Positions 23,723 through 35,200 of a stretch of 64,000 nucleotides of DNA are shown here, piece after piece. Under the pieces are notes generated by a model. The model did no database searches and was not told the origin of the DNA. It worked only from the letters and a program-made list of their open reading frames with translations. A program made the translations under genes and the position numbers. The stretch comes from Owenia fusiformis (lineage: Eukaryota), in NCBI GenBank assembly GCA_903813345.2, contig CAIIXF020000001.1:46376001-46440000 (forward strand), read 5' to 3'. Numbering within the stretch: the stretch's first letter is position 1; each line of letters starts with the position of its first letter.

Positions 23723-25396
23723 CCAAGGGCGTTACAATACCCGGGAATTTATCGGTTCGTCCAGTACTTGTTTGTGATAGCGCCCTCTGTAGGTCACTGT
23801 GCTTATAGCCTACAGTAATACGGGGTAGGATATCGGGAATTCGGTCAGTTTCTATCCGTCGATTTCGCTATGAATTGAAGCAAGTGTGACCACTTTATCC
23901 ACTTAAACAATTTGATAATTGATTAAATCTTTAAACAAAATCGATAAACACGTTATACACTTCCTATCTCCTTAGAAATTAGCATGTATTTATGGATTGT
24001 GTTTTCGAACAAGGCTCGACCCACCCCAATAGGGAAATCCTTATGCTAATTAGTATGACGTCATATTTTCCTGGGGAATCCTAGATTTCAAGGCCTCAAT
24101 CTGTTATTGTGTCAAATGTAAACGCTCTTGGGACGCTCTTTTGCAGACAGAAAATTGACAGATTAGCTTTTAACTTTCAGCTTTGATGTTTAAATATTCT
24201 GTATTTCTACCGGACTTCTTGCTGAATATCATATAATGTTATAACTTGATTTGGATCATTGCCTGATTGATCATTCTGAAATTTTGATTGTGATTCATGA
24301 TTGATTGGCAAGAAAAATAATTCCTATTGTTTTCCAGCGAAGTCAAAATGTTACAGCATGAGTTATAATGTCGAGTTTGCATCATGTTAAATTCTGCTAG
24401 TGATTAGAAGTCCATGCACAAGCATACACATAAGAGACAAACACACCCAGGCTCCAGGCCGTGGATGGAAATATAAAACTATTTAAGGCACAAACTGGTA
24501 TTAATAGACCGATATGTAGTGTCTGCCATGTATTGAAGGTAAACCAATCTGTATTATTAATGTTTCTTCTATCAATACATGGGTTGTGCAATAGAAAAGC
24601 AATGGCACAATCAAAAATGTGCATATCAATCGTGAATATCTCTCGGTTCAAAGCTTATTTCCAACAGAATCGTGTCAAAATATGTGTCTGAGTTAGTGTT
24701 GTCGCGATGTGCCATAATCGTACATCGATGCATCGGCAATTTTCAGTAGTAAACATCGATGCACATCGCGATGTACATCGAGAAAAAGTTCGAGAAAAGT
24801 GCACTGAAATACCGAACATTAATGCACTAAAATATCGAACAGAACAAATTAATAAGAGTACGCTGGTACATCCGGGAACATGGTGAAATGAAAGTAAAGT
24901 AATTTTTTAGATTTATGGTTCATTTCGACTAGCTATAACAGTTTTAAAGCGAAAGAATATCAGAAAACATTTGAAAATGAAATAATACATGAATAAAGGT
25001 AAGCAATTTGCGTCAAAATAAGATAAGAAAGGGCGATTTTTAGCAAATTAAAATTTTTTAAAAACATCGATGTTTTGTTTCAGACATCGATGCATCGCCA
25101 GAACCAGCTTTGGCGATGTATATCGCGATGTATCGATTAATCGCGACAACACTAGTCTGAGTAACAGTTATACATTATAAGATCGCAAACTGTTACCAAT
25201 TATCAGCCGAATGGCTCATTTTCAACGAAATGTCCTTAAGACAACAGCCCTGGGTCGCGCCTGAGACCAAAAACTACTTCAAATAGCCCTCCCCTAATTA
25301 TATTGGATAATCACATTTATGCGTGCGCGCGCAGCTCATCCAATGAACGAAACGCCACTTCCCGCTGAAATCACCGGGTATTGATCTTTCCCTTGG
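23723..25396 (-). mobile_element. Same family, copy B in inverted orientation (5-bp TSD CCAAT), interrupted by a hAT MITE
   Basis: CCAAT|CCAAGGG...CCCTTGG|CCAAT; reverse complement of 21963-23140 apart from small indels and the 461-bp insertion. Confidence 0.9.
24694..25154. mobile_element. hAT-type MITE, 461 bp, 15-bp TIR, 8-bp TSD
   Basis: GTCTGAGT|TAGTGTTGTCGCGAT...ATCGCGACAACACTA|GTCTGAGT; subterminal CATCGATG/CATCGCG repeats; the empty site is visible in copy A. Confidence 0.93.
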
Positions 25397-26056
25397 CCAA
25401 TCGGGGATATCTCCCCTCTTATGTGACTCAATTGATGAATGCAGCAAAATTCCGAACATGCACCCTGGCCTTAATTTACAACTTCATTAAAGGACTATTT
25501 CTCAAAGAATGTTGAAAAGCGACCTCATCCTGGCTACGCTAGAGTATTTTTCTCAAACAGTGGTTACTGTGGTGGAAAACAAAAGTCTGAAACCGGTGGA
25601 ATACTTTCGTTCGCTTTTTCAGAACAGAATATATGTCGAGATTTTCGCAAGTCTCCTCATGAAGACCTATCATTCTGCTTTTTAGTTGGCGATCGTATTG
25701 AGAATTCTGTTCATTTGAAAATTATGTTAATGGTTTATATTCATGTAGGATATTCTATTGTTTTCTGATGATGAAACTTATAATGGCGATGGTAATCATA
25801 TAAGTGAAAATAGGCATAATTGGACGAGTTACAACGGTGAAGGTCCCTCACGTTACATTGTTTGTCACTAAATCGCATTCGGGATACGCAATAAGAGGAG
25901 GGAAACCCCATGAGCTTAGAAGATGACACATTTCGTCTCTTGCTCACCACCTTCGTTTGTTTGAAAATTTACCAGCTCATGTCCGTGCTTTTTCGAATAC
26001 CAACCGTCATTGTGAGCGAAGTGAAATACACAAATATAGCACAAAAGAGATACCAT

Positions 26057-26208
26057 CACTGGCGGGGGAGGGCAAATAAGGCAAAGTGCCCAAAAGGGCC
26101 CAATAATTTGAGGCCCTGCCAAAATTTGGGGCTTAATTTTCTTTTTACAAAACTTTTTTCTGGCCCCCCTTGGGTGCTCCATGGCCCCTCCCCCTGGATC
26201 CGCCACTG
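26057..26208. mobile_element. Short GC-rich MITE (CAGTGGCGG-type termini)
   Basis: CACTGGCGG...GGATCCGCCACTG inverted ends with G/C runs. Confidence 0.55.
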
Positions 26209-26664
26209 CTTACTTATTGATGTATATTCTTCTAAGGCCCCGGGAATATTGAATATATTTTACTTCGTTCAGTGTTTTTTTTCCCATTTACCGGATGAGA
26301 TTTACCAGCGACCATTTTGTATTTTTATTTGTTATTATTTTGGTCAGGTTTTCGGCCTTCTAAACAAGTCAGTTATGAAGATTGAGGGAACAACACTGCT
26401 AATGTGTATCAGAATCGATTAAGTTACTAACCGACTTATTCATCCAGTTCAGGATTTTCCCCGTTTTTGATGAGGTAAGCTTTCTCAAAAAAGTCGATGT
26501 TTTATTTTTTCGTCATGGAATTTTAGTCATAAATCCGACAGATGTATGCTGTTCTTCGATGTTCCTTGTTCTTATTTGAATATTTATTTTTTATTATTTT
26601 CTTTGCATACACGGTCGTACAGTCAAAATAGAAATGTTTGTGACTACTTTGAATTTAAAAAATA

Positions 26665-28274
26665 CGGAGTGGCTCCAGGACCGACAATTGTCGGTACTGG
26701 AGACTGTCCAGGGGTATTTGCTGGGGTACCGACAATTGTCGGCGCTCTATCGTCAACTAGTAGTGCCAGATAGAGAACCGACAATTGTCGGTACGCAAGT
26801 GGCTGCTACGTGTTTTTGCTAGAGAGCCGACAATTTCATAAATAAATACACTACTTTTACTTTTAGAAATAACCTTATCACTGGTAGTCTAGTGGTTAGC
26901 GAGCCCGACTCCAACACACTTGGTCCCGAGTTTGAATCCCGGCAAGATCTTCTTTTTTTCTTTTGAGGGGGGGCATAGTGCTTCTTTTGCAGTATGGAAT
27001 CGTACAGGCATTAACTTGTAGTGAGCCATAATTTATTTCGACTAAAATTGATTCAACTTCCATCAAAATTGTCCTACAAGCTTCAATTAAAAAACATTTT
27101 AAAGCTCTTTTCTTGTTCTATCTAATGGGTCGATATATACAGTTAGGGGAGGGGATGCTTTCGCCCCCGTCACTCTCTACCCTTACTACGCCATGGCACA
27201 GGAGAAATATCTCATTTCGAATATATCACTGTTTACTTTGCGTTTGGTAGCTCTCTCATGTGAGATGGAATCGTGGCCATTAACTAAGGGAGCCAAATGC
27301 ATCAAAAATTGTGCTATAAGGTATGAGTACCGTAATCCAACACCAAATTCGAAAATTCATAACAATACTTTGCACATATGGCGTTCGTGATCAACTATAA
27401 AACGCTTACCCACCATAGTGTTATATATCAAAATGCACCTGTCCATATAGGGGTTCGATTGACCTACATCAAATTATAGGGAGTCAGGTTACTTTTTTGA
27501 GATATCAGCGTCCGTTTATTGTAACTCGCGTTTGCTACCACTTCCTCAATTCTGATATGACGGGCAAACGCGTAGTAAACATGCTCACGTTCGGAACTAT
27601 TTTGACCTACATCGCTATTTTCGTAATTCAAATGAAAGTTGAACTCCTCTTTATTTTGATACCAAATAGTGGCATACTAGGTACCCTAGAAGCCAACTAT
27701 GGGTTATTTAGAACGATACCACCGGTTTTTAAATGGACTATATAGGGGTCATACCTTTTGGCGGATGGATATGGAACCTCATACCATAAGCTTCAGATAA
27801 AAAACATTCTAGCTATTTTCTTCTAGCTATCTAAATGGGTAGCAAACTCCCCTTTCTACGCCTGATCGGCTCAGGAGAAATATCCTGTCTGTTTAGAATA
27901 TATATAGCCGTTTACTCTGCATTAATAGCTCTCTAACGTCTTACTTGTTCATGTTTTTTATTGGGCCTTTCAACGTTTACTACAATTCCCAGTTGCCGGG
28001 CTACCATTTTTTGACTGGGTTTGGTAATCCCCGGGTAATCGGGGCTAATGCCCTCCCCGGGTTTTGCACTTGTTCCCAAAATATCCGTATGATATCTGAA
28101 ATATCCCCCCGCGCATTGCGCATGCGCCAGAAAAATCGAAAATCAATATTTGTCGGTCCTCTAGCGTGTAAACACAGCATATCTCCCGTACCGACAATTT
28201 ATTTGTCGGTCCTCTAGCGTGCCACCACATCAGAGTCTAGAGTACCGACAATTGTCGGTACTCTAGCCTTTACG
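26665..28274. mobile_element. ~1.6-kb non-autonomous DNA transposon with palindromic subterminal repeats (ACCGACAATTGTCGGT), TA-flanked
   Basis: Left TA|CGGAGTGGCTCCAGGACCGACAATTGTCGGTACT versus right revcomp TA|CGTAAAGGCTAGAGTACCGACAATTGTCGGTACT; 3-4 full or partial motif copies clustered at each end. Confidence 0.7.
26877..26959 (+). pseudogene. tRNA-derived sequence (tRNA-Glu/Gly-like pseudogene or SINE head)
   Basis: A-box TAGTCTAGTGG (26885-26895), B-box-like GAGTTTGAATCCC (26928-26940), T-arm pairing, T-run after 26952; anticodon and acceptor stems do not pair properly. Confidence 0.6.
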
Positions 28275-28629
28275 TAAAAAATAAGCAATCAAATGACCAT
28301 AGAAGCCAATTAATGTATTTTACTCTAACTCGAAAAGTATTGGAGCGATTTTGTTCATATTTGGTATGTGAATACTATAAGCATGGCAGCTACACCGTCT
28401 AATGACACTTTTAATATACTCACATGCCTTTTTACATATGCATGATCTTATAATGTTTGTCTTTAATTCCCACTTTTAGTGCATTTATTTGAATATTCTT
28501 GAATGGCTTTTTCAACTTCGATTTGTAGGATATCATTGTCGTCAACAGTTCTTGCCTTTGTTGGCCTTATAGGCCAATTCAAAATGTTACTCATTTTAGG
28601 CCTATTTTGAATTATTGCCCAACAACACT

Positions 28630-28792
28630 GGACGAAACGTTTTACACTGAGCGAAACATATCAAAAGTCCCAGGTCAAATCCCCGAAGATTTAAAAGACA
28701 AATTTCGCGACGATAGATGTTCGCGATTTTACTACATTCGCGAACAAATCAAAATTAAATCGCACGCGAACAATTCCCGGAGTACAGTAAGT
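28630..28792 (+). promoter_or_regulatory. Candidate per promoter / non-coding first exon
   Basis: Locally CpG-rich segment with CACGCG (28763-28768), ending in a donor ACA|GTAAGT at 28786/28787; matching acceptor TTTTTCAG at 29196 precedes the ATG exon. Confidence 0.4.
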
Positions 28793-29227
28793 ACTTCTTC
28801 TTGGGTTTACATGGAGCCCAATGGTAACTCCATTGTTGTCCAGAAACTATAAAAATTAGAAAACATGAAATATCAGCATTTCCTGGAGTTACCATTGACC
28901 TCTTACCAGGTTCACTAAAAGAAGACAATGTAATGATGCTTTCCTGAAAAAGCAAGGAAATTCATGAATGCCTTCATACTTTATTTTATACCAGAAAATA
29001 AAATATGCATGTATTGCAATTTTTCAAAAGTGTTTTCCTTCCATCATTACCTTTATTGAAATTAATTGATTGAAATTGAAACAAACCTTGTCCTTTGTGA
29101 GATCTCATCACACGATTATTGATGATGATGATGATAAGAGATCCTAGAGAAAAATATATATATGTTCTGTTCATCTGCAACATTTGTGTTTTTCAGTGGT
29201 TTTCCAAGTCCCTTGTTATAGAAGAAC

Positions 29228-32200
29228 ATGGATGATGAAGCGGGAGTTTCAGATTACATGAGCACATCATCACAGAAGGACAGCACAACAAGGTAAATTC
29301 ATAAGTTTTACAGTGCTTCACAGAGTTCAGATATGTCTCTAATAAATCATGTCATGGCAGAGTGAAATATTTTCAAAAGTGGGCCATCCACTACAAAAGT
29401 GAAATTTAACGGATATTGTATTTCACTAATTTTTAGTTTTTTGAAATTTTTTTTTTTTTAATTGATTTTTATTTCAAGTTTAGCAGCATTTCAATTTAAT
29501 AAATACAAATATTCAATATAAAAAGGTTCTACATTAATTTTACATTAAATCGCAGGTATTTCTGCCAAGAGCACCACCAATAGATAGAGTATTCAGTTGT
29601 TGTTACATTTCATGTAGATTATTTGGATATATATACAAGATCCTCCTAGACAAATTCAAGTAAATTCATTCTGCTATAATGATAATAAGTGTTTGATCTC
29701 TCCCCACTTGTCCCCTTTCTCCAACTTTACATCAAGTTGAAAGTATTGTTGCACATTACTTTTAAAACCTACAAAAGTTGGTCATACATTTTTACATTTG
29801 CATAGATAAATATATCTTTTATATATGCAAAATATTGTGTTTAACAGTATTGATTTTTCGTTCATGATTACTGGACCCAATATGATCGTTCTCAAATCAC
29901 TTAAAACGGACAGTTTTTTGAAATTTTGCGGCTGTTTATTTTTGCGGTATTTGAAAATGTGTCTTGCTTCTTTTATTTAGGTTGGTTAAAATGAACAAGA
30001 AGGTTTGTTTCTTTGTCAGTCATGCCATAATGCTGTAGAATCCTTTTACAAAATATGATAATTGATATGTACTAATTGTGTACCAAGAGACCAAAAGTCT
30101 CTAATTAATGACCCAATTAGGAAATACCCCCATGAACACTGCTATTGCCATCAGCTATTTGCAGCTAACCCATGAGATAATATTATAATTTTCAGTGATC
30201 GCCACAGGATTTTTTTCTCAAGTGGTTGCAAATTTCTCATTTCCACAATTTCATCAGCTTATATGCTTTTTAGGGGTTGTTATGGGATTTGTTTTTTCTT
30301 TGCGTATGCGTCGTGTGTTTTCTCTTTATGTGCATGCATTATTTGATAGATTCCTTCAATAGATAAAAACGGCACCTTTTGATGAGCAAACACATAGTGA
30401 ATCCTTAAACTTATTGAAAAAGGTCCATATCAATATTGAATCCTTCTGTCCATGTGATCACCTTCTCATGTAGACTTTGACTGCTTGATTTATAGCCAAA
30501 AGTTTTACTTGCATACTGGTGACATTGTGCCTTTTAAGATCTCATACCTTTGAAGCATATAAGTTAAGAAAATTCATATTTTAACATTTGGACTTTTCTT
30601 GCAAAAATTTTGTCAGCCTTTCAGACATGAGTACATTTTCTTAAATTCAATTATTCAAGCACAATTTAGTTAAGAATCCTTTGTTTCTTGTCTTTTGCAG
30701 CAGCAGCCTCAGTTTATCCACTGACAGTGGAGATTATTTAGTAGAGCCTTCAACAAGTGGTTGCAGGTAAACACATAGCATTTTACCAATTTAAAGGACT
30801 ATTGTATAAGTGGTATCTTTGCCTAATCATTTAATTTGCCTATTGGCTTATTTCCGCCAGGTTCAGAAAATATAATGTCGTAAATATTATTTTCATAATG
30901 TTATCCAATGGGAAGTTTCTTGTCATTAGGCAAATTAAAATAGGAAAATGATAGAATTTGACCATTTGGCAAATTAACCACTCAGATTAAATATCACTTA
31001 TACAGACTATTAGCTGTAGTCATCCTAAATTAATAGAATATACTTTATGTCCAACTTTAATGTTAGGGTATATAATTAAATTCAATCTTCCAAACTTCAA
31101 AATTACACTATATATGTTAGAAACTTGAAGATGTATACTTCAACCCAAGTGAAGCCCTACCCCTTTCCATCCTTAGCAGGAAATTGTACAAATATTCCAA
31201 TAACAATTGTTTATTCATGTTTGCAGTAGTGAAAATAACAAGATGGTCAAGAATCGCCAGGTTCGCAAGGAGAAAGTGAAAGACTATATTAAAGAATTGA
31301 AAGGTCTCGTTTCGAGAGATGCGCACGGTAGTAAAGCAGACACATTATCAGCACTAAAGTATGTTGTTGGTGAATTCAAGAAAATTAAAAGTAAGTAATT
31401 TGAATTTAAATTGATTGTTACTCAAGACAGAGGATATATAGGAGTTATATATCGGGAGGTTTTGGATATGGGATTTATTCAGAGGAAGATATGTATATCT
31501 ACCTGAGGGACCATATATCCTATACCCAGTAAAGTTATCATATGACCGCTGCAATAATACACCGCAGTTGAAGTGAAATTACTGGAAGTGAGAAGATATG
31601 CCCTAGAGTGGGAGATATGGCAGGAGATATTGAGTTCTGGATATGGAAACCTCAAAATCAGAATTTCAAAATCTCCCCAAAACTCTATTTATTATGCACT
31701 CTTCCCTCTTTTCTGCAAGTTTAAATAAAATAATGAACTTTCAAGATTAATCAATGAATGTCTATCAAGTTGAAAAGAATTATTTATCATGTGTTAAATA
31801 ATTATATATATATATCTTTTATTGACTCTCTGATGTCATTACAATGACATATTAGTCACTTAAAAGTACAATCTACAAAACTGACCTAAGACTAAACTAA
31901 CTATTGAATACAAAAATAAAGTTGTTGTCAAATACAATTCTAATTACATCATCAAATGTAAAATACAGAATACAAGATAATTGTAAAATACAAATATAAC
32001 TTGACAGAAATTTAAATATCAGTGTGATGCATCGTTGACACATTAATCCAATTTTTTGAGTGAATGATAGATGAACTTTGCTAAATGTAAAATTACATAA
32101 GAATTTTTGTGAGACATTAGTTTTTTAAAAATAATGTCAGGACTGCCTACAAAATTAAATCGTGTAAGGGTGTCAAACAAAATTTTTCTTTCTGTAGTGT

Positions 32201-35200
32201 TTTTCTTACAAATCATGATGAAGTGTTGTTCATCTTCTAAAATACCACAAATATTACATAAACGTTCATCTACAGGTTTTGGCTTTGGCTTTAAATGCAA
32301 GTTGAAATAAAATAATGAACTTTTAAGATTAATCAATGAATGTCTATCAAGTTGAAAAGAATTATTTATCATGTGTTAAATAATTCTTTACCATTATTTT
32401 ATGAATTTTTAATTTTTTTTTGATTTGTGTTCCAGGCAGTCAAAAATGGAGCAAAAAGTCCGAAGTAGATGCCGGCTTCATAAGCACTACAGGCAGTGAT
32501 GGGATTGATTTTGATCAGGTCAGTTGGTTACTTTTATTTGAACCATGTATTCAGAACTATGAAAATTGACTGTAAAATTAAATGAGTTGGGCTAAAATTT
32601 ATGCTGTAGGCCTAACACCCTATTTACTATTATTGCTGTACAAAAAATGAGATGAAAATAAGCAGCTAGTTTTTCCAATTCATTATTTGAATCCAGTTTT
32701 TAGGCAAGTTTTAGATACATCTTGGAAAGTAAAGGAAAAGTAATGAGAAAATGCCCAGGAAACTTGCTACATTGATTAATGTTCAAAGTATGTAAATACT
32801 AGTTTTTGGACAACCGTTTAGTTTATATTTGTTTGTTTTTTCAGAGTAAATGTTGTATGGCTCTGTCATTAGACCATGGGTCCAAAGTATTGAACATGTC
32901 AGATGGTCTACAGAGTATCATCAAATTCCCTTGCAAGATGATCATAGACAGAGAGATATTAGATTTTATCCATGAACGAGACATTGTGCCATTTCTTCAC
33001 TGTTTATCAGTGCTAAAGAATGTTTTGGGAAACTTCAGTGATACAGCCGATAATGTTGATGTCAATAGTAATGCTGCCTACATTCGTTTAAGGTAAAATG
33101 TGTTTTTTGGAGCATGTTTGTATTATTGCTTATGTTCGGTCCACATGATCACAAATCAGTTATGAGTTGGAATTAAGCATTAATCAAAGCATACTGTTAT
33201 TGATTTATAACCAATTCCAAACCTCTACCATTCATCCTTGAATTTCATATATGTTACATCATAATATTATCTAAGTAAATGTATTGCAACCAAAAAAATG
33301 TGTAACAACTAGAAAAAATATCATAACAACATTTTATTTATATATTGAATTCAATTAAAAAAATGGCACAAACACTGAAATGTAATTTGTATGTCTGATA
33401 CCAAATATACATAACTGTTTGTTTTCAAGTTATAAAGGTCCAGTCCTGATTTGCTTTGAATCATTTATTAAACTTCAGATATTCTCACGTTAGAATGGTT
33501 TTATGAATTGAGCCTGGCCATAGGAAAACCGATCTTATCACAAAAATTAAAATTGTGCAACAGAGCCAAAAATGTGCCCAAGATTAAGAGGAAAATGTGC
33601 TTAATTAAAAACCGACTTTTTGGTCTATATATGCAAGGAAAAATCGTTAAGACACAAGTAACGGCTCATTTGAAACGTCTTTTTATGTTTTTTAAGATAA
33701 ACAAAAAATCAAAATATAGAAAATCTGTGATAATACCCCTTTTCCTGTGGCCTGGCTCAATTATTGACTAATTGACACTTATACGAGTGATAATACTACT
33801 TAATATAGTATTTGAGTTCTACGTTTTGTGATCTTACCTTTTCAGACAGTACTGTAGCCTGGACGATGGGTTTGGTAATAGATTAACAAAGTATGTAGTT
33901 TTCAAATTGGTGCCTTCACTGAGATCAGTGGGAGAAAGTAATACTGGATCATCGAGTACAGACAATCAAGCTCAGCAGTATATACATCTTGATCTTGAGG
34001 AACTTCACTCGGCTTATAAGACCCCGGGACAGACTCCAGTGAACAATACATTCTCAACAAGGCACACAGTTTATTGCAACTTCAGCTATATTCACCCAAG
34101 GTATTTACAGCTTATATTTTGCGCTTGTACGTACAGATATTGTTTGTTAAGTAAACGAAGCTTAAAAATGAAATCATCAGTGTTAACAGTAAGACTTTGT
34201 CATTATCATGTGCCATTATGAATGACAAATTAAATACTTATATGTCGATCGTAAAAATCTGCTATTATATCATATAGAAGACTGAAGAACACATTTTTGT
34301 TGATATCAGTTTGATATGAATTTATATAAAAGCTGACAGTTGTGGATTTTTTGTGGACTATTATCTCAAAACTATTGTTTGTTTCTATTCAATAAAATGT
34401 AAACTACATGTAAAAATAACATGTTAACAATTTGCAAAATTTGCAGTCTTGTTGGCTGGAATTGATAAAGAATTAATTGTGAATATGTTTTTTATTTAGT
34501 TCCATTCCATTACTTGGATTTCTCCCACAGGACTTGAAAGGAGTGTCAGTGTTTGACCTGTACCACCCCGATGATATTGCCACCATGCATGATATATATA
34601 AGAAAGGTAAGACAAGATCAAATAAAAGTGTGCTGTAGTAAGTGGAGTGATGTTCATAAATTTTGTAAATACTTTAACCTTCTGCACTCTGACTTATTTC
34701 AGCAAATATATCCCACGCATCTGACTTATTTTTCAAAAATGATATGCCTGGACTAAATAATTAATATCTCAATAACTACTGAATGAATCTGGATAAAATT
34801 TTCACAAAGGGAAGATACACTAGCGTGGCTCATGAGAAAAATGTTCTCATGAATTTTTTTCATACATAAACACGACTGGGCATAAATATACCATGAATAC
34901 TCCTTCAGAATCCGCTGTTTCGCCCCTCGTGAGATTCAACGTCTGGTCAGAATCCAAAACTGAATTTGCAGCGATCGAATGTTCTTGTTTTCAGTTCAGA
35001 AAATATTCTAGTTTCTAGTTTCGATGACCATTATCGGCTTCCAAGAGCCTAAAGAGCTTGAAATCGCAATCCATTTCCTCCACATTTTCGTTGTGATCGT
35101 ATTTGGCCGTCATTTTGTACGATTTGTTCACTACAAACGACTTAAACACTGTTTAAATTGTTGAATTGAGAAATATTTTTCGAAACATCGCCATTTCTAG

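Noticed and set aside
23070..23795. Convergent CTCF-like motifs (CCTACAGAGGGCGC) in the two transposon copies
   Set aside because: Imperfect match, only ~700 bp apart, and convergence follows trivially from the inversion
22185..24691. Mirror-image ORF pairs (76 and 84 aa) as duplicated genes
   Set aside because: They lie inside the two inverted transposon copies and show no recognisable domain or splice support
21963..25396. One foldback element with 1.2-kb TIRs
   Set aside because: The outer flanks do not share a TSD, whereas each arm has its own termini and 5-bp TSD
25910..26422. 170-aa ORF
   Set aside because: Runs through a GC-rich MITE and low-complexity AT DNA; no domain or splice support
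26877..26949. Functional tRNA gene
   Set aside because: Anticodon and acceptor stems do not pair; B-box deviates (GTTTGAA)
32043..32372. 109-aa antisense protein gene nested in per
   Set aside because: Chimera of TSD sequence and a LINE ORF2 C-terminus
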